Source: Vicinamibacterales bacterium (GTDB taxonomy: Bacteria; Acidobacteriota; Vicinamibacteria; Vicinamibacterales; 2-12-FULL-66-21). From it: a DNA stretch of 64,000 nt. Location: NCBI GenBank assembly GCA_036258175.1, contig DATAEE010000263.1, forward strand, positions 1,489 to 65,488. The letters run 5' to 3'. The stretch's first letter is position 1, and each line of letters opens with the position of its first letter. A model generated the notes under the pieces. The model was not told the DNA's origin, searched no databases, and was given only the letters and a program-made list of their open reading frames with translations. Shown here in pieces: positions 45,197 through 53,375 of this stretch. The translations under genes and the position numbers were made by a program.

Positions 45197-46854
45197 TTCG
45201 TTTCGGGATCGGAGGACTCGCCGCGGCAGCGGCGGTTCTCCTCCTTCTTCCTCCAGCGCGGATCGCGCTTCCCGCCGATGCCCGTGATCCCCGCGCTGCG
45301 GCCGGCGCGCTGCATCTGCACACGACCCGCTCGGATGGCGGCGGCAGCCCAGAGGCGGTCGCCGCCGCCGCGTCGCTTGCCGGTCTGAACTTCATCATCC
45401 TCACCGACCACGGCGACGGGACGCGCATCCCTGATCGTCCCGCATGGCGGTCCGGCGTGCTCGTGCTCGACGGCGTCGAGATCAGCACGACGCACGGGCA
45501 CCTGATCGGCATCGGGATGCGCGCGTCCGTGTATCCGCTCGGTGGAGACGCACGTGACGTCCTGGAAGACCTCGGGCGGCTGGGGGGCATCGCCATCGTT
45601 GCCCACCCGGCGTCTCCGAAGGCTGATCTGGCGTGGACGGATTGGGAGGCGCGCTTCGATGGCGCCGAGTGGCTCAGCGCAGACTCCGAATGGCGCGACG
45701 AATCATGGGCAACGCTGGCACGTGGCGCGCTGACGTTCTTCGTCAGACCGACAGAATCGCTCGCGCGCATCTTTGATCGGCCCGACGCGCTGCTCGCGCG
45801 GCTCGACGCGCGCGCGGCCGACGATCCCGTCCTGCTCGTGGCGGGCACCGACGCCCACGGTGGCATCGGTGGGGAAGGCAAACGCCGCCTGCCTTTTCCG
45901 TCATATGCGAGCACTCTCCGAGCCCTGTCGGTACGGCTGAGCCTTCGCGCCGCGCTTGCGGGCGACGCGGATAAAGACGCATCGCTCGTGCTCGAAGCGC
46001 TTCGCACGCGCCGGGCGTACACGTCAATCGACGCGCTGGCCGGTCCCCCTCGGCTGAACTTTACCGCCGAGGCCGGAGCCCGTGTGGAGATGGGCGGGCG
46101 CTTGCCACCCGGCAGGCCAGTCACGCTCCGCGTTCGCGCGAACGGCCCATCGGGATCGACGATCGTGCTGTTGCGAGATGGACAGGCGATTGCGCGAGCG
46201 CCCGTGCCGTCGCTCGAGCACGTGAGCGACGGCGCGCTGGGCGCGTACCGAGTGGAAGTGTACGTACCGGGCGCCCCTGGCCATCCGGCCGTGCCGTGGA
46301 TCTTGAGCAATGCGATCACGGTTGGCGGGCAGAAGGATCCACCGGCGACCGAAGAGCCCCGGGTCAGTCCGCGGATCGTGCTGTTCGAACCGGGTGATCG
46401 GTCGCGATGGATGGCAGAACGGGATCCCACCTCGCATGCGGCGATCTCGACGGCGGGTGGGGAAGGGCCGCTCGAGTTGAATTACACGCTCGGCCTTGAT
46501 GAGGGCGCCAGCCCGTTCGCGGCGGCAGTGCGTGAGCTGCCGTATGGCCTGGCCGAGTGTCAAACCCTCGTGTTATCGCTGAGCGGCTCGCGCGACATGC
46601 GCGTATCAGTGCAGGCACGAGAGCCGGGTGGCGAACGGCCGGCGGAAGGAAGGCGGTGGCGACGGTCTGTTTTCGTTCCGGCCGACGGGCGAACGATCGT
46701 CGTGCCCCTTGCGTCGCTCGCTCCCGTGGAAGGGGCCGGGAGCCCGCACGCCGATCCCGCCGCTCTGCGCTCGCTGTTGTTCGTCGTCGATACCGTCAAC
46801 ACGAAGGCGGGGGACCGAGGCGTGCTGAGGATCCATCGCGCCGGCTGTCTGTGA
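45145..46854 (+). CDS. PHP-domain (CehA/McbA-type) metallohydrolase with N-terminal signal anchor
   Basis: [36 protein letters not shown]...VAHPASP...AGTDAHG. The only canonical start before the hydrophobic segment [16 protein letters not shown] is ATG 45145, which implies a 52-nt overlap with the metK 3-prime end. Start uncertain. Confidence 0.6.
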   Translation: MGAYRQGERPPRRRRALIRFGIGGLAAAAAVLLLLPPARIALPADARDPRAAAGALHLHTTRSDGGGSPEAVAAAASLAGLNFIILTDHGDGTRIPDRPAWRSGVLVLDGVEISTTHGHLIGIGMRASVYPLGGDARDVLEDLGRLGGIAIVAHPASPKADLAWTDWEARFDGAEWLSADSEWRDESWATLARGALTFFVRPTESLARIFDRPDALLARLDARAADDPVLLVAGTDAHGGIGGEGKRRLPFPSYASTLRALSVRLSLRAALAGDADKDASLVLEALRTRRAYTSIDALAGPPRLNFTAEAGARVEMGGRLPPGRPVTLRVRANGPSGSTIVLLRDGQAIARAPVPSLEHVSDGALGAYRVEVYVPGAPGHPAVPWILSNAITVGGQKDPPATEEPRVSPRIVLFEPGDRSRWMAERDPTSHAAISTAGGEGPLELNYTLGLDEGASPFAAAVRELPYGLAECQTLVLSLSGSRDMRVSVQAREPGGERPAEGRRWRRSVFVPADGRTIVVPLASLAPVEGAGSPHADPAALRSLLFVVDTVNTKAGDRGVLRIHRAGCL

Positions 46855-46857
46855 CTG

Positions 46858-46886
46858 TGTTATAGTGCACTAGTACACTAGTTCTC
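46858..46886 (+). promoter_or_regulatory. Extended -10 element overlapped by tandem/palindromic operator-like repeats upstream of the GntR gene
   Basis: TGTTATAGT (TGn + TATAGT, 46858..46866). Three tandem 8-mers TAGTGCAC TAGTACAC TAGTTCTC (46863..46886). Near-palindrome GTGCACTAGTACAC (12/14 symmetric) with GT..AC half-sites, as GntR-family operators have. Confidence 0.35.
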
Positions 46887-46908
46887 TCGCTCTCGATCGG
46901 ACGGAGAC

Positions 46909-47295
46909 GTGTTCGAGCTGAACCACGACGACCCACGGCCCATCTACCGTCAAATTGCCGACGAGGTGCAACGTACTATCGTGGTCGGAATCCTGAAGCC
47001 GGACGACTCGTTGCCAGCCGTTCGACAGCTCGCCGCGACGCTCAAGGTGAACCCGAACACGATTCAGCACGCGTATCAACAGCTCGAACGCGAGGGAGTG
47101 GTTTACGTTCGGCGGGGGAGAGGTACTTTCGTCGCCGCTGGACCTGCTTCATCGTCCACGCAGGATAGGCGGCGCCGGTCGCTTCTTGCCCGCCTGGTGG
47201 CGCAGCGTGCGCTGCGCGACGCGTTCCGACACGGCCTCGTCGCTTCTGAGCTCATTGCAGCCATCCGGGATCTCGCGCCTGCAACGGAGAGCTAA
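46909..47295 (+). CDS. GntR family transcriptional regulator (short YtrA-like)
   Basis: PIYRQIADEVQRTIVVGILKPDDSLPAVRQLAATLKVNPNTIQHAYQQLEREGVVYVRRGRGTFV is the GntR winged-HTH signature. The effector domain is only ~55 aa. Confidence 0.85.
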   Translation: MFELNHDDPRPIYRQIADEVQRTIVVGILKPDDSLPAVRQLAATLKVNPNTIQHAYQQLEREGVVYVRRGRGTFVAAGPASSSTQDRRRRSLLARLVAQRALRDAFRHGLVASELIAAIRDLAPATES

Positions 47296-49631
47296 GTGCG
47301 GACGACGAGCAGCAAGTAGGCGGCTCCTCCCCCGAACAGTAGGTTCGGTCCCCATGCGGCAAGCATCGGTGGAAGCAGCCCTGCACTGCCCACCGCGCCG
47401 AATGCGCTCATGAGCATCCAGTAGCCGATCGCGAGCGCAATTCCGAGCCCGATACCGTACACGGCGCCGCTTCGTCCGGTCGTTGCAGCGAACGGTATCG
47501 CGATGAGCGTCATGACGACCGTGACAAAGGGGAAGGCGATCTTCCGCGCGAGAGCCACCTCCATTGGCACGGCGTTCAGGCCGCTCGCCCGCAGCTCGGA
47601 GACGAACGTGCGCAGCTCGGAAGCGGTCATGAACCGCTCGTCGGGCCGCTCGGTCTCGAAATGCTCCGGCGGCTCGATAGCGATCAAGCGCTTCTCGAAT
47701 CGCTCCCACGTCGGAGGTGCATCGGCGCGAGGGAACGTCGCGACCCAGCCGTCCTGACCCACCCAGCCTCCCTGTCTCGGTCTGTAGGAGGCGCGGCCGG
47801 TAAACGTGTGCCGTGCCAGCCGCCAGGCGTCCGGAGCGAATTCGTAGACGGAGAGCTGCGACAGCTCGTCGCGCTCCGCATCGAAGAAGGCGTAGTGATA
47901 GAGCGCGCCCTCGCGCCCGGCCAGCCATCGGCGGGTGAGCAGGTTGAACGTGCGCGGCGCGCGCCCGCGGATCTCATCGTTGAGCGCCTCGGCCCTGCGG
48001 TTCGCGCGCGCGAGGAGGTTTTCCTCGAGCAGGAACAGCGTCGCACTCGCCACCATCGCGACGAGCAGCAGGGGAGCGGCCGCCCGGTACAGGCTGATTC
48101 CGCACGCCTTCATCACGGTCAGCTCACTTGTCCGGGCGAGAATCCCAACCACGACGAGCGAGGCCACGAGGATCGAAAGCGGAATGACGAAGTAGATGAA
48201 CTGTGGGGAGGCGTACCAGAAATACTCGAGCAGCATTCCGGGGGTCGCCTGACCCTTGAAGAGCTTGTCTGACAGGTCGACGAAGGTCGCGATGTAGAAG
48301 AGACCAAGCAGTCCGGCAAACGCCAGCGCCATGATGCGGATCGCGAGAGTGCTGATGTAGCGGTCGAGGACGGTCAGCCGCGGATACCAGAAGCGGGGGA
48401 ACCGGACCACGAGGACGATCCGATCGCCCCCGCCGGCGACCGGCGTAGCCGACCGGGACGCGGGCGCTGGCGACTCCGTTCGACGCCACCGAGCGAAGCG
48501 GGGCAGTCGTATGCTTGGAATCGGAAACCTTCCCTCCGCCCAACGCGCGCGCCAAATGAGCGCACCCACTGCGACCGGCGCCAGAACCAGGTTGGGCATC
48601 CAGCGAGCGAGCACCGCGGGCATCAGATGACCCTTGGTCAGCCCCTCGGCGAGATACATCACGATGTAGTACACGAACACCACGCCGAGGCCGATCGCGA
48701 AGCCCGCCAGCCTGCCGTCGCGGCGCGCCGTCACACCTAGGGCGAGACCCAGCAGACCGAAGACCAGGCAGGCGGCCGGGATCGAGAACTTCTGCTGGAT
48801 GAACATGATTTCGTTGTGCGGGGATAGCCCCTGTGATTCTTTGAGCAGTCGCTGCGCCTGCAGCTCTGGGATCGTCAGCTCGCTGATGCCTTTTGGCGGC
48901 CCAGCGGCCGGAAACACCGTATTCGGGTCCAGGCCGAGGATCAGTGGATCCTTCCGGAAGGCGTACAGGTCGTACTCGCCGGGCGACTTGCCCGGACTGT
49001 ACCGAATGCCGTCCGCGAGCACGAGGTCCACGCGTCGTGCGGCTCGATCGAGGACCAGTCGGCCTCGCTCGGCTAAGAAGATGACCGGCCGGGCGTCGGA
49101 GGTGTCGGCCAGAAACACCTTCCGCCAGCCGGCTGACGCCTCTTCCTGCACGAACAACACGCGTCCGGGAAACTCTTCGAAGAAGACCCTAGGCCGCACA
49201 TCGTGCTCGGCCTTGGCCGCGATGATGTCGTAGGTGATTTCCCGGAAGGTCTGGTTCGCGTCCGGGATCGCGTAGATGAGCACCCAGAGCGTGGCGACGA
49301 AGGCGGCGGTCGACAGGATCACGACCGGCCGGAGAAGCCGGTACAGGCTGACTCCGCACGCGAGCATGGCCACCGTTTCCCGGTCACTCGACAGGCGGCC
49401 GAGCCCGACGAGGAGGCCAACGAGGAGGGCGACGGGGATCGCTATCCCGAGCCCTGACGGGAGCAGCGTCAGCAGGATTCTCCCGACTGTCGGCCAGGGG
49501 ACGCCCTTCGCGATCAGGCGCTCGGCGTGCTCCATGATCGGCGGGATCTCAAGGATGAAGGTGAAGATCACCAGCGCGAGCAGGAACGGCGGGATGACCT
49601 GCCGGATGACGTACCGGTCGAGCGTGCCCAC
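47292..49631 (-). CDS. Fused LptF-LptG lipopolysaccharide export permease (two YjgP/YjgQ domains in one 779-aa ORF)
   Basis: N-half MGTLDRYVIRQVIPPFLLALVIFTFILEI... The second half restarts with LTVLDRYISTLAIRIMALAFAGLLGLFYIATFV. Each half has the 6-TM + periplasmic beta-jellyroll layout. No stop codon separates the halves, and an Arg/Pro-rich linker joins them. Confidence 0.8.
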   Translation of the reverse strand: MGTLDRYVIRQVIPPFLLALVIFTFILEIPPIMEHAERLIAKGVPWPTVGRILLTLLPSGLGIAIPVALLVGLLVGLGRLSSDRETVAMLACGVSLYRLLRPVVILSTAAFVATLWVLIYAIPDANQTFREITYDIIAAKAEHDVRPRVFFEEFPGRVLFVQEEASAGWRKVFLADTSDARPVIFLAERGRLVLDRAARRVDLVLADGIRYSPGKSPGEYDLYAFRKDPLILGLDPNTVFPAAGPPKGISELTIPELQAQRLLKESQGLSPHNEIMFIQQKFSIPAACLVFGLLGLALGVTARRDGRLAGFAIGLGVVFVYYIVMYLAEGLTKGHLMPAVLARWMPNLVLAPVAVGALIWRARWAEGRFPIPSIRLPRFARWRRTESPAPASRSATPVAGGGDRIVLVVRFPRFWYPRLTVLDRYISTLAIRIMALAFAGLLGLFYIATFVDLSDKLFKGQATPGMLLEYFWYASPQFIYFVIPLSILVASLVVVGILARTSELTVMKACGISLYRAAAPLLLVAMVASATLFLLEENLLARANRRAEALNDEIRGRAPRTFNLLTRRWLAGREGALYHYAFFDAERDELSQLSVYEFAPDAWRLARHTFTGRASYRPRQGGWVGQDGWVATFPRADAPPTWERFEKRLIAIEPPEHFETERPDERFMTASELRTFVSELRASGLNAVPMEVALARKIAFPFVTVVMTLIAIPFAATTGRSGAVYGIGLGIALAIGYWMLMSAFGAVGSAGLLPPMLAAWGPNLLFGGGAAYLLLVVRT

Positions 49632-49637
49632 GAGAGG

Positions 49638-49643
49638 ATTATA
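49638..49643 (-). promoter_or_regulatory. Perfect TATAAT -10 hexamer 6 nt upstream of the lptFG GTG start (possible leaderless transcript)
   Basis: The reverse strand reads ccccTATAATcctctcGTGggc. A TSS 7 nt after the hexamer would coincide with the G of the start codon. No Shine-Dalgarno can fit in the gap. Confidence 0.3.
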
Positions 49644-49654
49644 GGGGTGCAGGA

Positions 49655-49663
49655 TTATCCACA
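49655..49663 (+). promoter_or_regulatory. Perfect consensus DnaA box
   Basis: TTATCCACA, an exact 9/9 match to the E. coli-type consensus. It lies in the only long low-GC gap of the window and within the direct repeat AGGATTAT..N8..AGGATTAT. Confidence 0.3.
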
Positions 49664-49952
49664 GACCGCCAACAGCCCTGTTTTCCGTGCAACTGCGCCT
49701 GGGTCTGATAATGAGTGTTATGTTAACTAATTCGGGAAATCGAACCCGGAGTTCAAGGCGTCGCGTTCGTGAGCGCCAAATGCCAGGAGGTCGGCAGGTC
49801 TCGGTTCTCCGATACTGAGCACTGAAACTGACTCCCCAGTCGCTTGCCTTCGCCCGCGCGTCCGTTACGAGTGCTGAACCTGGAGCTAGTGGGACCGCCG
49901 GAGCTCCGGACTCCCAGCGAACCCGGACTTCTGGCGCTGTGCGTCGGAGAGG

Positions 49953-50774
49953 TTAGTTCTGACTTCGAAGTTCTTTGATGATCGCCTGGAGCGCTTCGAT
50001 GATCTCGTCCCGCTCGACGCGGGACTTGGTGAAGCTCAGACGGAGGCTGAAGGCCTTGGTCGGTGGCCGGTAGGCGTAGACGAAGGCTTTCGGGCGGCCA
50101 GCCTTCGGCTTGGCGGTTTCTTTGCGCAACGCCTCGCGCGTCGTGCCGCCCTCTCGAGAGATCTTTTCGACGAGGGCCGTCATTTTCTTCGGGTCTGTTT
50201 GCCGAACTACCTGCAAAAGCAATGACTTAGAGGAAATGTCGGCCAGCCGACAAAGGTTCTTCACGTCTTCCGGCATTTCCTGCAGCGCGAGCGACTCGGT
50301 AATCGACGTCCTCGACTTCCCCAGCTTCCGCGCCAGGTCCTCATGCGTGTAGCGGCACCGCTCGGCCAGCGCCGCCAGCGCCTCGGACTCTTCGAACGGC
50401 GTCAGGTCCTTTCTCTGAAGGTTCTCGACGAGCGCAATCTCGATGACCTCGGAGTCGTCCAGGTCTCGGATGACAACGGGGAGGTCGCGGATTCCGACCT
50501 GCACCGCCGCCTGGTAGCGCCGCTCCCCCGCCACAATCTGAAACCGGCTGCCGCGCTGCCGGACGATGAGCGGTTCGATGACGCCCTTCTCGACGATCGA
50601 GGCCATCAGCTCCGAGAGGTCTCCCATGACCTGCCGCGGCTGGTTGGGATTGGGATCGATCTGGTCAATCGGCACGATCCGCCCGACCGGGGACCCGGCC
50701 GAACTCGCGAGCGCCTCAACGTAATGCTCGTCGTGCCGCATCCGCACCGTGGCGGGTAGTCCGCGTTTAGACAC
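49953..50774 (-). CDS. parB: ParB/Spo0J chromosome partitioning protein
   Basis: VSKRGLPATV..., IDPNPNQPRQ, GVIEPLIVRQRGSRFQIVAGERRYQAA (ParB box), HTH THEDLARKLGKSRTSITESLAL. GTG 50774 overlaps the parA stop by 8 nt. The longer 389-aa ORF in the track overlaps parA and is rejected. Confidence 0.85.
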   Translation of the reverse strand: MSKRGLPATVRMRHDEHYVEALASSAGSPVGRIVPIDQIDPNPNQPRQVMGDLSELMASIVEKGVIEPLIVRQRGSRFQIVAGERRYQAAVQVGIRDLPVVIRDLDDSEVIEIALVENLQRKDLTPFEESEALAALAERCRYTHEDLARKLGKSRTSITESLALQEMPEDVKNLCRLADISSKSLLLQVVRQTDPKKMTALVEKISREGGTTREALRKETAKPKAGRPKAFVYAYRPPTKAFSLRLSFTKSRVERDEIIEALQAIIKELRSQN

Positions 50775-51522
50775 GATCCATGACCTCCTCGCACAGCCGG
50801 TAGTACTCCGTCGCGCCGGTGGAGTCGGGGGCGAATGAGAAGATCGACTCCTTGTAGGCGGGGCTCTCTTCCAGCCGGACGCTCTTCGTGATGACCGTCT
50901 TGAACACCTTTTTGCCGAATACCTTGTCGATTTGAACGCGGATGTCGCGCGCCAGCGCCGTCCGCTTGTCGTGCATCGTAATGACCACCCCAAGAATCCG
51001 CAGGCTTGGATTGGCTCTCGCCCGGACCTTCTCGATCGTTTCCAGGAGATCGTCCGTCCCCTCGAGCGCGAAGTACGACGACTGGATCGGGATGAGCAGA
51101 TGCGTGGCCGCGACCAGCGCATTGACCGTGAGCAGTCCGAGCGTCGGCGGGCAGTCGATCACGATGTGCACGAACTGCTTGCGGATTGCCTCTATTCGGT
51201 CCTTGAGCCGAAAATGGGAGTCGAGTTCCCCCACCAGTTTGGCTTCCAGCTTGGCGAGCGCGATCCTGGAAGGCGCAATGAACAGGTTCTTCTGCGAGCT
51301 GGGCTTGATGACGTCGGTCAGTGCGACCGTGGGTTCAGAGATCGCGTCGTAGACGCTTCGATCGACATCGGCGATGTCGAGAAACGACATCGTGCTGTTG
51401 GCTTGCGGATCGAGATCGATGAGAAGAGTTGGTTTTCCCCTAAGGGCGAGAGCCGCCGCGAGGTTGATGGCGGTAGTGGTCTTCCCTACTCCGCCCTTCT
51501 GGTTGGCGATGGCGACGATCAT
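50767..51522 (-). CDS. parA: ParA/Soj chromosome partitioning ATPase
   Basis: MIVAIANQKGGVGKTTTAINLAAALA (deviant Walker A), LLIDLDPQANST, VIDCPPTLG. Confidence 0.9.
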   Translation of the reverse strand: MIVAIANQKGGVGKTTTAINLAAALALRGKPTLLIDLDPQANSTMSFLDIADVDRSVYDAISEPTVALTDVIKPSSQKNLFIAPSRIALAKLEAKLVGELDSHFRLKDRIEAIRKQFVHIVIDCPPTLGLLTVNALVAATHLLIPIQSSYFALEGTDDLLETIEKVRARANPSLRILGVVITMHDKRTALARDIRVQIDKVFGKKVFKTVITKSVRLEESPAYKESIFSFAPDSTGATEYYRLCEEVMDRV

Positions 51523-51539
51523 CGAGAAGGGGCGCCGCC

Positions 51540-51569
51540 ATTCTAGGGGTCGTGGGCAAAAAGTGTCAA
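51540..51569 (-). promoter_or_regulatory. Candidate sigma-70 promoter of parAB
   Basis: Reverse strand: TTGACA (51569..51564), 18 nt, TAGAAT (51545..51540), ending 17 nt before the parA ATG. Confidence 0.45.
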
Positions 51570-51573
51570 GCCG

Positions 51574-52059
51574 CTACATCTTGTATTTGCCAAGATCGTC
51601 CGGATCCAGACTCTCGAGCCACTTCTGGAGCCGCTCGGCGTCGCCCTTTTCGGGCACCAGATCCACCGTCTTGGCGCTCGCAATGACCGTGTCCTCGACG
51701 AAGATGGGCGCGTGCGCGCGAAGCGCCAGCGCGATCGCGTCGCTCGGACGCGCGTCGATGGCCACGGTCTCGCCCGCGGCATCGAGATAGATGAGCGCGT
51801 AGAACGTGTTCTCCTTCAGATCGGACACGACAATCTTCTGAATCCGCGCCTTGAGGTCCTGGATGACGTTCTTCAGGAGGTCGTGGGTCATCGGCCGCGG
51901 CGTGGTGACATTTTCAATCTGCAGCGCGATCGCGTTCGCCTCGAACACGCCGACCCAGATCGGAAGGACCCGCTGGCCGTCCTTGTCCCGGAGGATGATT
52001 ATCGGCATGTTCGTTATGGGGTCGACCATCAGCCCTTTAATCGTCATTTCGATCTGCAT
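51574..52059 (-). CDS. Bifunctional nuclease (BFN/DUF151) family protein
   Basis: MQIEMTIKGLMVDPITNMPIIILRDKDGQRVLPIWVGVFEANAIALQIENV..PRPMTHDLL...DARPSDAIALALR. Alternative ATG at 52047 (ATGA overlap with miaB). Confidence 0.8.
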   Translation of the reverse strand: MQIEMTIKGLMVDPITNMPIIILRDKDGQRVLPIWVGVFEANAIALQIENVTTPRPMTHDLLKNVIQDLKARIQKIVVSDLKENTFYALIYLDAAGETVAIDARPSDAIALALRAHAPIFVEDTVIASAKTVDLVPEKGDAERLQKWLESLDPDDLGKYKM

Positions 52060-53375
52060 ACCGCGTCCCCTCTCAGGCTGTTCGGCCACCCCTCGGAGAT
52101 CCTTACGTCGATGGTACGCCCGACCCACGCCCGTTCCCCCGGAAAATTGACGATGGTGTTTCCTATCGTGCGGCCTGATAGCTCCGACTCGCGCTTGCGG
52201 CTCACCGAATCCACCAGCACTGCCACGACTTGGCCGACTGCTGCCTGGTGAATCTCGGTCTGGATCTGCTTCTGCAGCGTCTGCAGCGCCACGATCCGGC
52301 TCGTCTTTTCCGCTTCCGTCACGTCGTCCGGCATCCGCTTCCCGGCTAGTGTGTTAGGCCGTTCCGAATACTTGAACGAAAACATGCTGTGATACCGAAC
52401 GGCTTCTACGAGCGACAGCGTCTCCTTGAAGTCAGCTGCCGTCTCGCCGGGAAAACCAACGATCATATCGGTCGAGAGCGCGATGTTCGGCACCTCTTCG
52501 CGCAGCCTTTCGACGAGGTCGAGATACTCGCCACGCGTGTACCGGCGGCGCATCGAAGCCAGGATGCGCGTCGAGCCCGACTGCACCGGAAGGTGAAGGT
52601 GCTTGCAGACGGCCGGCAGGTCGCGAATGGCGGTGATCGTGCGCTCGTCGACATGCCGGGGATGCGGGCTCGCGAAGCGGATGCGTTCCACCCCTTCGAT
52701 CGCGTTGACCCGCTCGAGCAGCGCCGCGAAGTCGCACGAGGCGTCGTCGGGCGCCTGGTAGTGATTCACAATCTGTCCGAGGAGATGAATTTCCTTCCGC
52801 CCTTGAGCAGCCGCGTCTCGGACTTCTTCGAGAATGTCGGAGACGGGACGCATCCGCTCGTGTCCGCGCGTGTATGGGACCACGCAGAACGCGCAGAAAT
52901 CGTTGCAGCCCTCGATGATGGTGATCCATGCCTTCAGCGGATCGCTGCGGCGCGTGACCCCGAGCGGAAACGACACGTCGTCGTACGGGTTGATATCGAT
53001 GACGGGTTCGACGGAGCGCGCCGCCTGCTCGACGAGCATCGGAAGCTGCTTGATCCGCTGGGTACCGACGACGACGTCGATCGCGGATGAGCGCTTGAGA
53101 AGGGCTGTGCCTTCCTGCTGCGCGACGCAGCCGGCGACTGCGACAACCGGACGGCGTCCTCGCTCTTCGCCGGTGGCGTGAATCTCACCAAGACGCGTGT
53201 AGAGTTTGTCCTCCGCGCGCTCGCGGACGCTGCACGTGTTGACGACGATCAGATCGGCATCGGCTTCCCCGTCGGCCGGCTCGTAGCCTGCCTGCTCGAG
53301 CAGACCCGCCATCCGCTCGGAATCGTGGAAGTTCATCTGACAGCCGAACGTTTCGATCAGATATCTACGAGCCAC
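52044..53375 (-). CDS. miaB: tRNA-i6A37 methylthiotransferase
   Basis: MARRYLIETFGCQMNFHDSERMAG (UPF0004 domain), radical-SAM CNDFCAFCVVP, C-terminal TRAM domain. Confidence 0.9.
   Translation of the reverse strand: MARRYLIETFGCQMNFHDSERMAGLLEQAGYEPADGEADADLIVVNTCSVRERAEDKLYTRLGEIHATGEERGRRPVVAVAGCVAQQEGTALLKRSSAIDVVVGTQRIKQLPMLVEQAARSVEPVIDINPYDDVSFPLGVTRRSDPLKAWITIIEGCNDFCAFCVVPYTRGHERMRPVSDILEEVRDAAAQGRKEIHLLGQIVNHYQAPDDASCDFAALLERVNAIEGVERIRFASPHPRHVDERTITAIRDLPAVCKHLHLPVQSGSTRILASMRRRYTRGEYLDLVERLREEVPNIALSTDMIVGFPGETAADFKETLSLVEAVRYHSMFSFKYSERPNTLAGKRMPDDVTEAEKTSRIVALQTLQKQIQTEIHQAAVGQVVAVLVDSVSRKRESELSGRTIGNTIVNFPGERAWVGRTIDVRISEGWPNSLRGDAVCRSK

Noticed and set aside
45141-46430. 429-aa minus-strand ORF
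   Set aside because: It is antisense to the PHP-domain hydrolase, with Ser/Arg/Ala-rich shadow-frame composition.
49732-49750. tRNA-like T-arm (reverse strand CCGGGTTCGATTTCCCG) suggesting a tRNA or tmRNA gene
   Set aside because: The stem has a mismatch. No complementary acceptor stem, anticodon arm or D-arm can be built in the flanking ~80 nt. At most it is a decayed fragment.
49953-51122. 389-aa extended ParB ORF and the 14914 extension of PilM
   Set aside because: The upstream extensions overlap the preceding genes (parA, gspE) out of frame and are Arg/Ser-rich. Family-typical N-termini begin at 50774 (ParB) and 15133 (PilM).
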